Program-made: the position numbers and the translations under genes
Source of the DNA: a bacterium
GTDB taxonomy: Bacteria; Patescibacteriota; Minisyncoccia; Minisyncoccales; UBA10102
Reading direction: 5' to 3'
Assembly: GCA_030647485.1 (NCBI GenBank)
Contig: JAUSJT010000004.1
Coordinates: forward strand, 173,088-237,087
DNA: 64,000 bases
In this document: positions 52,484 to 61,917 of the stretch, one piece after another
How positions within the stretch are numbered: position 1 is the stretch's first letter
Layout of the letters: every line of letters begins with the position of its first letter
The notes under the pieces: model-generated
Told to the model about the DNA's origin: nothing
Seen by the model: the letters and a program-made list of their open reading frames with translations, nothing else
Database searches by the model: none

Positions 52484-53521
52484 ATGCAGCAGATTCTTTT
52501 TCTCATCATTCTCATTCTTTCTGGAATTGTAATATTCCTGTTCTTTTGGCGCAGTAAAAAGAGTTCAACTTCTGACAACTCTTTGCTACTCATACAGAAC
52601 CAGCTCCAAGACCTGCGCAACACCGTAGACGAAAAGCTCGGAAGCTCGGCTAAAATGTTCCAGCAGCAGTTCAAAGACAGCACAACTATTATTAAAGAGG
52701 TGACAGAAAAGCTTACCCGGCTTGATGACACGAATAAACAGGTTTTGAACTTTTCAGACCAGCTCAAAAACCTCCAAGACATATTAAAGAACCCAAAACA
52801 GCGAGGGATTCTAGGCGAGTACTATTTGGAGACCGTGTTAAAGAACGTACTACCCCCAGGATCGTACCAAATGCAGTATGAGTTTAAGGATGGGAAGGCC
52901 GTAGACGCAGTCATCTTTGTCAAAGAAAAGATTATCCCAGTGGATTCTAAGTTTTCCCTTGAAAACTACAACCACATTCTAGAATCAAGAGAGCCTGCAG
53001 ATCGGGAACGGTTTGAAAAGCTATTCCGCCAAGACTTAAAAAACCGCATTGACGAAACCTCCCAGTATGTAAAGCCAGAAGAGGGGACTATGGACTTTGC
53101 ATTTATGTTCATTCCTTCAGAAGCGGTGTTCTACGACCTGCTGGTGAATAAAATGGGATCAGTTGAAGCCCTGGACCTTGTAGAGTACGCATTCAAGGAA
53201 AAGCATGTCATTATCGTCTCTCCAACCTCATTCCTTGCGTACCTTCAAACAGTACTGCAGGGCTTGCGCGGCTTGCAGATAGAAGAGTCTGCCAAAGAGA
53301 TACGAAGGCGCGTGGAAGACTTGGGAAGGCACATTGCCAGCTATGAGACGTATATGAAGAAGCTGGGAACCCATTTGGGAACCAGCGTGAATACCTACAA
53401 CATAGCCTACAAAGAACTAGGTAAAATAGACAAGGATGTTCTCAAGATAACGGGAAAGAAAGACCGAGCAACAACCGTCATGGAATTGGAAAAACCGCAG
53501 AACGGAGACGAGGAGGATTGA
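52484..53521 (+). CDS. rmuC: DNA recombination protein RmuC
   Basis: N-terminal TM helix plus coiled coil, then RmuC nuclease-like core (RGILGEYYLE, FMFIPSEAVF). Confidence 0.85.
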   Translation: MQQILFLIILILSGIVIFLFFWRSKKSSTSDNSLLLIQNQLQDLRNTVDEKLGSSAKMFQQQFKDSTTIIKEVTEKLTRLDDTNKQVLNFSDQLKNLQDILKNPKQRGILGEYYLETVLKNVLPPGSYQMQYEFKDGKAVDAVIFVKEKIIPVDSKFSLENYNHILESREPADRERFEKLFRQDLKNRIDETSQYVKPEEGTMDFAFMFIPSEAVFYDLLVNKMGSVEALDLVEYAFKEKHVIIVSPTSFLAYLQTVLQGLRGLQIEESAKEIRRRVEDLGRHIASYETYMKKLGTHLGTSVNTYNIAYKELGKIDKDVLKITGKKDRATTVMELEKPQNGDEED

Positions 53522-53552
53522 CTTTTCTCTGATCCCCTGTATACTAATTCTT

Positions 53553-53858
53553 ATGTTCGCTGTGATTAAAACCGGAGGTAAACAATATATCGTTACTCCT
53601 GGGCAGAAAATAAAGATAGAAAAACTCCTCAACAAAGAAGGAGAGGAGGTTGTATTTGATCAAGTATTACTCCAAGAGACAGAAAAAGACACCAAGATTG
53701 GAACTCCTTTGGTTCAAGGTGCGAAGGTGAAAGGGAAAGTACTGCGTCAGGGCATGGGAAAGAAAATTATTACATACAAATACAAAGCAAAAAAACGGGA
53801 GCATTCAAAAAAGGGACATCGCCAATTATTCACCGAAGTAGAAATTACTGAAGTGTAA
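53553..53858 (+). CDS. rplU: ribosomal protein L21
   Basis: MFAVIKTGGKQYIV start. Confidence 0.9.
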   Translation: MFAVIKTGGKQYIVTPGQKIKIEKLLNKEGEEVVFDQVLLQETEKDTKIGTPLVQGAKVKGKVLRQGMGKKIITYKYKAKKREHSKKGHRQLFTEVEITEV

Positions 53859-53866
53859 AAATAAAC

Positions 53867-53900
53867 GAGGGCTAACCGCATGGCTAGCCCTCTTTGTTTT
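53867..53900. terminator. bidirectional terminator
   Basis: GAGGGCTAACC-GCA-TGGCTAGCCCTC followed by TTTGTTTT. Confidence 0.7.
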
Positions 53901-54386
53901 CTATGCACCTCCTATTAACGTTGCTACCCATATCCCTCCCCCTAGAAACCCCAGGAGCATAAACCCCCGGACCCTAAAGCCAAAGGCATGCCTTAATCCT
54001 AGGGAGACCCACACGATATGTCCTGCAAAATAGGGCAAGTGGACCCACCCTAGCAAAGAGGCCTCTCCCGGTGCGGGATACGCGGAGTCTGGATACTGCT
54101 GCCAGAGCCACATCCAATGCATTCCTGCCGTAAGAAGAACTGCAAACAGGATAACGCCTATGACGTACTGTCTTCGAGGAAAGCCGGTACGACTAAGGAT
54201 ACTCCCCACGGCAAAGGCGACTAAAGAGAGGCCGATGACATCTCCGATCCGGAATAAATTCCGGTCCAAGAGATATAGGAAGCTTTCCTGTCTCAAAGGA
54301 ATCCATCCCTGTTGGGATATGAAGGTTTCCACGCCAAGTAGAAGCCCAAAGAACAACAGGTTTACCGTTGCGGCAATGATGCCCAC
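53901..54386 (-). CDS. hypothetical membrane protein
   Basis: 161 aa with 5 predicted TM helices. Confidence 0.5.
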   Translation of the reverse strand: MGIIAATVNLLFFGLLLGVETFISQQGWIPLRQESFLYLLDRNLFRIGDVIGLSLVAFAVGSILSRTGFPRRQYVIGVILFAVLLTAGMHWMWLWQQYPDSAYPAPGEASLLGWVHLPYFAGHIVWVSLGLRHAFGFRVRGFMLLGFLGGGIWVATLIGGA

Positions 54387-54476
54387 GTTAGGCCTCCTTC
54401 TGGCGTTTCCGCCTGCTAGATTTTGTACGTACTACTACACTATTAAAATGAACTATACCGCTTTAGGCAGTATTTG

Positions 54477-55349
54477 TCAATATTGGGTTTGAAGTTCTTC
54501 AAAAATATCGCCCCAGCCCGTGATCTTTTTTCCAAGGGAAAAACGCAGTTTTTCTTCCTCGTCTTTCGTTACTCTCCACTGCGCTCTCTCCCCAAACATA
54601 ACCTGAATTCTAGCGAAAGGAATCTGCCATACGCCGTCTGACCCGTCTATCATCTCAAGGTAGCTCGTATAGTAAAAGACAGCGCATTCCGCCAAAATAG
54701 CAAGATACTCTTCTTTTGAAACATAAGTAATGCGTTTGAGAATAATATCGTACGCAAGGGAAAGCAATGCAGAAATCTCTCCCGCGCAAAAATATGAGTC
54801 ATACAAAGACCTGCGAGCAATTCTTTTTATGCCCTGAAAGGCTACGCGTACTTCATCAAGAGAAACAGGATGCGCAATTTCTGCGAGAGGGGAATAAATC
54901 CTAATTTTTGCATGAGGCCTTACCCAAGAGCCCATATCTGCGGCTTCTGCTAAAACCTGAAGGTCTGCATGAAGAGGATCTCGATACAAGGCATCAAGCT
55001 TTTTTGAAAAACCGTCTTCAACGCGAAGACAAAGCTTCTCACGTTCTCCTTCGCTTGGAAGAGCAATGTTCCTTTGAGAATCCCAGAATATCGCAAGAGC
55101 AACCACATGCTTGCAGTAATCTTCATTTAACGCATACGGACAAGTGCAAGAGCCCTTCATGTATTTGGGACCTTCCTTAAACTGCACCTCGTACGGTTGA
55201 GAACCTGTAACAATGGCGGATAACTTTTTGTTCGAAACTTGGAGGTCGCGCACCCTTCCTTCGCGCGCATACGCAACTCCTCTTTCAAAAATGCGTTCCG
55301 TGGTATTCTCCAAGATGTATCTGCTTAACGATTGAGACAAAAGAGCCAT
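54477..55349 (-). CDS. SWIM zinc-finger protein
   Basis: CTCPYALNEDYCKH fits CxCx9CxH. Starts 8 nt after the dnaB stop. Confidence 0.7.
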   Translation of the reverse strand: MALLSQSLSRYILENTTERIFERGVAYAREGRVRDLQVSNKKLSAIVTGSQPYEVQFKEGPKYMKGSCTCPYALNEDYCKHVVALAIFWDSQRNIALPSEGEREKLCLRVEDGFSKKLDALYRDPLHADLQVLAEAADMGSWVRPHAKIRIYSPLAEIAHPVSLDEVRVAFQGIKRIARRSLYDSYFCAGEISALLSLAYDIILKRITYVSKEEYLAILAECAVFYYTSYLEMIDGSDGVWQIPFARIQVMFGERAQWRVTKDEEEKLRFSLGKKITGWGDIFEELQTQY

Positions 55350-55357
55350 GCACAGAA

Positions 55358-56731
55358 CTAAAGAGAGAATTCTTCTCCTGGAGCTTCTTGGTATTGCATA
55401 TCTTTTGCCAAGTCGGTAAAGCTTACCGTACGCTCGTTAAAGTAGAGCTTTACCGAACCTACCGGGCCATTGCGATGCTTGGCAATGATAATTTCTGTGA
55501 TGCCCTGGTTTGTGGGATCTGGTTTGTATTTATCCTCGCGGTAGATAAAGAGCACCACGTCCGCATCTTGTTCCAGAGATCCAGACTCACGAAGATCGGA
55601 AAGGCGTGGACGCTGGGGCGTTCTTTGCTCTACTGCCCTTGAGAGTTGAGACAAAGCAAGGACAGGAACGTTCAACTCCCTTGCCAATCCCTTAAGAGAT
55701 CGGGAAATTTCCGTAACCTGCTGCACAATAGGAACCTGGCTGTTTCTAGGATCAATAAGCTGGAGATAGTCAATGATTAATAAGCCCAAACCATGGTTTG
55801 CCTGGAGGCGCCTTGCTTGAGCCCTCATTTGCAGAACATTCTGCATAGGGCTGTCCTCAATAAATATGGGGGCTTCAGAAAGAGTTCCCATGGCCTGTTG
55901 TATATGTGAGAAATCGTTTTCGTCTCCGTCGGAAGAAAGCTTTCCCGTTCTCAAGCGCCACAGATCTACTCCTCCTTGAGAGGCGATAAGGCGGTCTATA
56001 ACCTGGTCCTTGGACATTTCCAAACTAAACACGCCCACAGGGATTTTGTGATTCACCGCAACGCGACGCGCAATATCCATGGCCAAGGCAGACTTTCCCA
56101 AAGAAGGCCTGGCTGCAAGAATAATTAAATCAGACTTCTGAAATCCAGAAAGAATGTTATCCAAGTCCCCAAATCCACTAGGGACTCCTCTCGTTCCTCC
56201 TTCGTGTTTTGAAAGCTTATCAATCCTCTCAAACGCCTCTTCCAAGTCATCTTTCACTTGCACAAAGTTACGAGACATGGAACGCTGGGCAATAGAAAAG
56301 ATGCTTGACTCTGCCTTGTCTAAAAGAACATCAGGGTCTTCGGTCTCGTCGTACCCCATAGATCCTATCTCGTAAGAGACGGAGATAAGATCTCGCAGAA
56401 TTCTCTTTTTCTGCACTATTTTCGCATACGTTAACACATGAGAGGCAGTAGGCACGGTATTGATGAGTTGCGTGAGGTACGTATTTCCCCCAATCCCTTC
56501 TAACTTACCATTCTCTTTTAATCTTCCTGCCGCAGACAACACATCAATAGGGTCTCCCTTCTCAAAGAGTTCCCTCATTGCCTCGTAGATTATCTGATGC
56601 GTTGGCTTGTAGAAATCTCTGGGTTCCAAAAAATCAGCAACCTTAATCATTGCGTCTTTATCCAACATCAAAGACCCCAGAAGAGACATTTCTGCTTCAA
56701 TAGATTGAGGAGGAAGTTTAGAATCTGGCAT
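55358..56731 (-). CDS. dnaB: replicative DNA helicase DnaB
   Basis: PPQSIEAEMSLLGS N-terminus and Walker A ARPSLGKSALAMD. Confidence 0.95.
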   Translation of the reverse strand: MPDSKLPPQSIEAEMSLLGSLMLDKDAMIKVADFLEPRDFYKPTHQIIYEAMRELFEKGDPIDVLSAAGRLKENGKLEGIGGNTYLTQLINTVPTASHVLTYAKIVQKKRILRDLISVSYEIGSMGYDETEDPDVLLDKAESSIFSIAQRSMSRNFVQVKDDLEEAFERIDKLSKHEGGTRGVPSGFGDLDNILSGFQKSDLIILAARPSLGKSALAMDIARRVAVNHKIPVGVFSLEMSKDQVIDRLIASQGGVDLWRLRTGKLSSDGDENDFSHIQQAMGTLSEAPIFIEDSPMQNVLQMRAQARRLQANHGLGLLIIDYLQLIDPRNSQVPIVQQVTEISRSLKGLARELNVPVLALSQLSRAVEQRTPQRPRLSDLRESGSLEQDADVVLFIYREDKYKPDPTNQGITEIIIAKHRNGPVGSVKLYFNERTVSFTDLAKDMQYQEAPGEEFSL

Positions 56732-56762
56732 GATGAGCCATCATAACGAACCGCGGGATTTT

Positions 56763-56790
56763 TGACAAGTAGGCAAGGTGGAGTAATATA
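56763..56790 (+). promoter_or_regulatory. sigma70-type promoter
   Basis: TTGACA, 16 nt spacer, TAATAT. Confidence 0.45.
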
Positions 56791-56849
56791 CAAGAAAGCT
56801 CTTTAGCACACTCAAAACAAGACGGAAAAGAACAGAAAGAAGGCAGAAA

Positions 56850-57491
56850 ATGTCATACGAAAGATGCGAACACGGAATGTGGCCATCCGAATGTGCTCTC
56901 TGCCCTCTTAACAAGCAGGAAGAGAACAGACTCGAGACAGAGACTACTTTTGTAACTCCTCGAACTCGTCGAGTAGCAGGGGAAGAAAACGGGGAAGAGA
57001 GTGAGAAAGCAAGAAGAACAGCGGAGAAAGATACGGCAAGAGACGCCATAGTAAGATCTCATACCACAGGAAGAAGAAATAGTAATCAGAAAAGAACGCT
57101 CAGGACTCCTACGAATGGGAGAACACGAAACAAAATCTCTCCTTTACCCCTCCCGGTTAAAAGGATTTGCAGTGCCTGCGGACTGCCCAAAACTGATCTT
57201 CATAGAAACCGTAGGACCGGCGAGGTAATCTGTTACAATTGCTACCGCAAAGATATTTCCATGCACGAGGAATGTTCCAGGTGTGGTAATATCAGACAGG
57301 TGGCAATGCGCAACGCGTCTGGCGGAGCAATTTGCAACAACTGCTACCGCAAGGATCCTTCCACGCACAAGGAATGTTCCAGGTGTGGCAATATTAGACA
57401 GGTGATAGCACGCAACGAGTCTGGCGGAGCCATTTGTAAAGATTGCTATCGACACCAACGTCTCGCCAAAATGGTCGCCCATCCCGCCTAG
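56850..57491 (+). CDS. tandem zinc-ribbon protein with basic disordered linker (hypothetical)
   Basis: Three CxxC-x16-17-CxxC units (CSACG..CYNC, CSRCG..CNNC, CSRCG..CKDC) and an N-terminal C/H cluster. Confidence 0.6.
   Translation: MSYERCEHGMWPSECALCPLNKQEENRLETETTFVTPRTRRVAGEENGEESEKARRTAEKDTARDAIVRSHTTGRRNSNQKRTLRTPTNGRTRNKISPLPLPVKRICSACGLPKTDLHRNRRTGEVICYNCYRKDISMHEECSRCGNIRQVAMRNASGGAICNNCYRKDPSTHKECSRCGNIRQVIARNESGGAICKDCYRHQRLAKMVAHPA
57240..57455 (+). repeat. 102-bp tandem repeat (about 2.1 copies) inside the zinc-ribbon gene
   Basis: Units begin TGCTACCGCAA(A/G)GAT at 57240 and 57342, with a partial third at 57444. In frame, 34 aa per unit. Confidence 0.8.
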
Positions 57492-57529
57492 GATCTCATT
57501 GAGTTCCAGGCGGGCTTTTCTTTAGAAGA

Positions 57530-58942
57530 TTATATCTTTTTAAGTTTTGGGCCCTTGTCGGTATCTTCCACCTGCCAACCTTTCTCTGAAATAAGCTCCC
57601 TGACTTCATCTGCTTTTTCCCATTCTTTGTCTGTACGGTATTGCTCCCGCTTTTTAAGCAACGCAGTAAGTTCTTGAGGAATCTTTGCTGTTTTCTCTTG
57701 CCAGAAGATGAAAGAGAAGATTTCGTCAATCTCTTTGAGAAGTGCAAGAATATCTCTCGCGTCATCTTTATTGAGTGCAAGTTTGGAAAGAAGGACGTTG
57801 CCTTTTCTCACAAGTTCAAATAATGCCGCAACAGCCTTGGGCGTATTCACGTCGTCATCCATTGCATTAAAGAATGCCTTCTTTGTCTCCTGAATAAGTT
57901 TTGTATTCTTGCTTGTTGCGGGCGCGCTCTTCAGTGTTTTTATCTTTTCTACAAACTCATCAATCCTCTCCAATTCTTGTTCCGCTTGCGCAAGATTCTC
58001 TTCTGAATAATCAATGGGGGAGCGGTAATGCGTCTTTAATACAAAAAAGCGCAAAAGACGGGAAGAATGCTTCAAGAGAAAATCCCTAATCGTGATGAAG
58101 TTTCCTAGAGACTTTGACATCTTCTCCCCCTGAATAGTAAGGAATCCTGTGTGCATCCAATAGCGCACCAATGGTTTCTTTCCTGAAATTCCCTCCATTT
58201 GCGCTATCTCTGCCTCGTGATGAGGGAAGATAAGATCTCTGGCGCCTCCATGAATGTCATACTGCGCTCCAAAGTGCTTCTCCGCAATGGCGGTGTCCTC
58301 AATGTGCCAGCCTGGTCTGCCCCACCCCCATGGGCTTTTCCACTTGGGCTCGCCTCTCTTTGAAAACTTCCAAAGAGCAAAGTCTCCCCTGTGCCGCTTT
58401 CTGACCGAGTCATCAATGCGGGAGACAGAATCTTCTGCCTGTTGCGTGGTGCGGCCAGACAGCTTTCCGTATTCCTTGAATGAAGAAATGTCATAGTAAA
58501 TCCCGTCATCGGGGATAACATACGCATGCTCTTTCTCAAGCAATCTGTGTACCTGGCTGACGATTTCTGGGATATAGTCTGTTGCTCTGGCGTATTTACT
58601 CACAGAAAGAACCTTAAGCTCCTCCATATCCTTTATGTATTCCTGCTCAAACCTTTTTGCCAAGGATTTTGGAGAAATCTGGGTTTCCGCGGCCCGCTTG
58701 ATTATCTTGTCATCAATATCGGTGATGTTCTGAAGGTAAAACACATCAAACTTCTTTGCCTTGAGGTACCGCGCAATCACGTCAAAGGCAATGTACGTTC
58801 TCGCGTGTCCAATGTGGGAAAAATCGTACACCGTAGGCCCGCACACGAATAAGTTTATCTTATTCGCCCTGAGCGAGTGCGAAGGGCTACCAATAATTTC
58901 TTTTTTTCGAGAACATGTATTGTATAGAGAAGTCATAATCAT
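57530..58942 (-). CDS. cysS: cysteinyl-tRNA synthetase
   Basis: HIGH region (FSHIGHARTY) and KMSKS motif. Confidence 0.95.
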   Translation of the reverse strand: MIMTSLYNTCSRKKEIIGSPSHSLRANKINLFVCGPTVYDFSHIGHARTYIAFDVIARYLKAKKFDVFYLQNITDIDDKIIKRAAETQISPKSLAKRFEQEYIKDMEELKVLSVSKYARATDYIPEIVSQVHRLLEKEHAYVIPDDGIYYDISSFKEYGKLSGRTTQQAEDSVSRIDDSVRKRHRGDFALWKFSKRGEPKWKSPWGWGRPGWHIEDTAIAEKHFGAQYDIHGGARDLIFPHHEAEIAQMEGISGKKPLVRYWMHTGFLTIQGEKMSKSLGNFITIRDFLLKHSSRLLRFFVLKTHYRSPIDYSEENLAQAEQELERIDEFVEKIKTLKSAPATSKNTKLIQETKKAFFNAMDDDVNTPKAVAALFELVRKGNVLLSKLALNKDDARDILALLKEIDEIFSFIFWQEKTAKIPQELTALLKKREQYRTDKEWEKADEVRELISEKGWQVEDTDKGPKLKKI

Positions 58943-59045
58943 ATTCTATCACAATTTCCTTCTCGCAAAAAAGCTCTCACGTAATGGTTGCGTTTTCATC
59001 GCATTATGGTATAAAAATAGGTAGCATAAACCTTGGAGGGAATAG

Positions 59046-59405
59046 ATGGAGAATAGCCCAACCGAGGCCGAGGCTAGAATACTGGAAGAGTTCGGAAAAA
59101 ATCCAGAAGAGTATCATAGCATGCCAAGGTCCGAGTTCCGGAGTTTTTTTCAAGGATTGATAGCCCAGAATACGGCAACGCAAGACAAGAAGCGGAAACA
59201 AGAAAGGGCTGAAAAAGAACTACGGACAAGAGAGGAGGCAATCAAAGAGAGAGGATTGTGTGCTGGCATGATTGTCCATTTGAAACATGGAAAAGACTCA
59301 AAGCATCGTATCAAAGCAATTACCCCTGATTGCTACATCATCCTGGAAGGGCGTGCACGCAGCGTTACTCCTCAGGCAATCTCTCCCATAGAAGCCCTTC
59401 CGTAA
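59046..59405 (+). CDS. hypothetical protein
   Basis: GGAGGG before the ATG. 119 aa with a charged helical N-terminal half. No motif recognised. Confidence 0.45.
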   Translation: MENSPTEAEARILEEFGKNPEEYHSMPRSEFRSFFQGLIAQNTATQDKKRKQERAEKELRTREEAIKERGLCAGMIVHLKHGKDSKHRIKAITPDCYIILEGRARSVTPQAISPIEALP

Positions 59406-59462
59406 AGGGCTTCTTTTTTGGAAAAACTCGCTCTTTCATGCTACTATGCACATGAAACTTAC

Positions 59463-59498
59463 ATGGCTAATCTTGTACTATATAGAAAATATCAACCA
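59463..59498 (+). pseudogene. displaced duplicate of the dnaX 5' end
   Basis: Encodes MANLVLYRKYQP versus the genuine MPNLVLYRKYRP located 157 nt downstream. Confidence 0.65.
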
Positions 59499-59500
59499 GT

Positions 59501-59593
59501 CGCTTCGCTCCCAAGACACCTTCGGTTTCTTGCGCTCACTGCGTTCGCTGTTTTTCCACCACGGGAGGATACCCAATCCTCCCGACCCCTCCT
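59501..59593 (-). repeat. SR element copy F (rearranged / possibly circularly permuted)
   Basis: Reverse complement reads GGAGGGGTCGGGAGGAT-TGGGT-ATCCTCCCGTGGTGGAAAAAC..AAGAAACCGAAGGTGTCTT. The GGTCGGG block precedes CCGTGG and is joined to it by a hairpin. Confidence 0.6.
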
Positions 59594-59619
59594 GTGCGGT
59601 CTATATTTTCTAAACTCAT

Positions 59620-60729
59620 ATGCCTAATCTTGTACTATACAGAAAATATAGACCTAAAACCTTTGGGGAAATCACGGGCCAAGAGCATGTGGTGAGAACC
59701 TTAAAGAACGCTGTGTTGCACGGCATGATCTCCCACGCCTATTTGTTTTCCGGCCCTAGGGGATGCGGAAAAACAACCATGGCACGGCTTCTTGCTAAAG
59801 CAGTAAACTGTGAAAAGCCAAAGCAAGGAGAACCCTGCAACGAATGCTCTGCGTGCAAAGAGATAAACCTGGGCAGCGCCATGGACTTAATAGAAATAGA
59901 CGCCGCCTCCAATAGGGGAATTGACGAAATCCGAGACCTTAAAGAAGGAGTGAGATTTTCTCCTACAAAACTCAAGTACAAGGTGTTTGTCATTGACGAA
60001 GCGCATCAGCTCACAAAGGAAGCTGCAAACGCGCTCTTAAAAACTTTGGAAGAACCCCCTTCCCACGCAATCTTCATCTTAGCTACCACAGAGATACAGC
60101 GCATGATCCCAACCCTAGCTTCTCGCTGCCAGAGGTTTGACTTTCGCAAGTTGAGAGTTCCAGAAATGGTTATGCGGCTTGAAGATATGGCAAAAAAAGA
60201 GGGGATTGAGGTAGAAAAAGACGCGCTTGAGCTTCTAGCCCATCATGCTGGGGGCTCTTTGAGAGACGCAGAAGGGCTTTTAGATAAGGTTTTGACTTTC
60301 CACTTGGGCGCAGGTTCGAAAGAGAAGATACGGACGGAGGTTGTGAGAGAATTGCTGGGGATAGTGGATGTTCAGATTATAGGATCTTTTGCAGACCTTC
60401 TCTTGGCAAAGAACCCCGGGAAGGCGATAGAGTTTTTGAATAAGAACTTGGAAGATGGCATGGATCCTCAAGAGTTTGCCAAGACCCTGATAGAATACTT
60501 GAGAACCCTTCTTATCTTAAAGATAAACCCGGCACTGGAAGACATGTTTGCGGGACCATTAACAAAAGAACAGCAAGAGAAAATGAAGCTGCAATCCTCC
60601 ACTATAAACGAGGAGTTGCTGTCTCGCACCATCAAAAACTTCATGGATGCGGAGCAGAAAATGAAATATTCCAGTATTATTCAGCTTCCTTTGGAGCTTG
60701 CGATTATTGATTCTTGCGGGGTCGTCTAG
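59620..60729 (+). CDS. dnaX: DNA polymerase III gamma/tau subunit (short form)
   Basis: Walker A GPRGCGKTT, Zn module CNECSACKE, VIDEAHQLT and SRC motif. Last 15 nt overlap tRNA-Gln. Confidence 0.9.
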   Translation: MPNLVLYRKYRPKTFGEITGQEHVVRTLKNAVLHGMISHAYLFSGPRGCGKTTMARLLAKAVNCEKPKQGEPCNECSACKEINLGSAMDLIEIDAASNRGIDEIRDLKEGVRFSPTKLKYKVFVIDEAHQLTKEAANALLKTLEEPPSHAIFILATTEIQRMIPTLASRCQRFDFRKLRVPEMVMRLEDMAKKEGIEVEKDALELLAHHAGGSLRDAEGLLDKVLTFHLGAGSKEKIRTEVVRELLGIVDVQIIGSFADLLLAKNPGKAIEFLNKNLEDGMDPQEFAKTLIEYLRTLLILKINPALEDMFAGPLTKEQQEKMKLQSSTINEELLSRTIKNFMDAEQKMKYSSIIQLPLELAIIDSCGVV

Positions 60730-60786
60730 CGGTAGGACGCCACCCTTTGAAGGTGGATATCCTTGGTTCGAATCCAAGCCCCGCAG
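60715..60786 (+). tRNA. tRNA-Gln (TTG)
   Basis: U1:A72 acceptor TGCGGGG/CCCCGCA, anticodon arm CCACC-CTTTGAA-GGTGG. Confidence 0.9.
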
Positions 60787-60891
60787 CCAATTAGGACAAA
60801 ACGAGTTTCCCGCCTCGCTCGGGGCAAGCCCTCGAAATTTATATCCTGTGCACATCCGATTTGTACATTTTTTGACTCAGTCCTAAAAATT

Positions 60892-61917
60892 ATGATCACT
60901 GTTAAAAACGAAGGTATAATTTTAGAAAAAACAAATCTGGAATTTGAAAATAAGGGTGTTTTAAACCCTGCCTGCATCCAGGTGGGTGGCATTACTCATA
61001 TGTTTTATCGGGCAGTCAGCTATAATGATATTTCTTCCATAGGCTACTGCCAGCTGAAAGACAATAAGGTTGTGGGAAGACTGAAAGAGCCGGTTCTTTT
61101 CCCTGAATACGATTATGAGAAAATGGGCGTAGAAGATCCCAGAATCACTCTTTTAGGAAGAACATACTATCTTTTTTACACTGCCTATGACGGTAAAAAC
61201 GCCCTCATTTCCTATGCCACAAGCAAAGATCTCGTCCATTTCACCAAACAAGGACTCGTCTCGCCGAAAATTTCTTACGATGAAGCGGAAGACATTTTTC
61301 GTAATTCAAAGGTCGCAAAAAAATATACTATGTTTGAGATGCTTTACAAAAAGAACAAGGGGAAAGATGTTTCGTTATTTGAAAAAGATGCTTCTCTTTT
61401 CCCCCAAAAATTCAAACATAAATTTGCTCTTCTCCACCGCATTCTGCCCGGAATCCAAATTATCTACTTTAACAATTTTTCCGAACTTACTGAAGACCGC
61501 TGGCGCGATTATCTCAAGAACTTAAGTGATTTTATCGTACTCGATCCTCTTTTTAGATTTGAAAACCGCAATATTGGTGGTGGTTGTCCCCCTATTAAAA
61601 CAAAAGATGGATGGCTTATTATCTATCACGCAGCGGAGAATACTCCTTTTGGAACAATCTATCATGCCTCCGTCGCCCTGCTTGATCTCAAGAACCCCTT
61701 AAAAGTTTTGGGGCGGTTAAAAGAACCCCTGTTTTCTCCGAAGGCTTCTTGGGAAAAAATCGGCAATATAAATAATGTCGTCTTTCCTACGGGAGCGGTA
61801 GTAAGAGATAAAAGGATTTATATTTATTATGGGGCTGCCGATAAGTTAATCGCCGCGAAATCCGTTGATCTTGCAGAACTGTTGGTTGAGGTCAAGAAAG
61901 ATTCCTTAAAACCATGA
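60892..61917 (+). CDS. GH130-family glycoside phosphorylase/hydrolase-like protein
   Basis: Start MITVKNEG. GVLNPACIQ, GVEDPRIT and YLFYTAYDG are beta-propeller motifs of the GH130/DUF377 family. Confidence 0.75.
   Translation: MITVKNEGIILEKTNLEFENKGVLNPACIQVGGITHMFYRAVSYNDISSIGYCQLKDNKVVGRLKEPVLFPEYDYEKMGVEDPRITLLGRTYYLFYTAYDGKNALISYATSKDLVHFTKQGLVSPKISYDEAEDIFRNSKVAKKYTMFEMLYKKNKGKDVSLFEKDASLFPQKFKHKFALLHRILPGIQIIYFNNFSELTEDRWRDYLKNLSDFIVLDPLFRFENRNIGGGCPPIKTKDGWLIIYHAAENTPFGTIYHASVALLDLKNPLKVLGRLKEPLFSPKASWEKIGNINNVVFPTGAVVRDKRIYIYYGAADKLIAAKSVDLAELLVEVKKDSLKP

Noticed and set aside
59418-59627. 69-aa ORF upstream of dnaX
   Set aside because: It is created by the displaced dnaX 5' duplicate read through antisense SR copy F. 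It has no independent coding signal.
60763-60891. Upstream extension of the GH130 ORF
   Set aside because: It overlaps tRNA-Gln. The conserved protein begins at MITVKNEG (60892).
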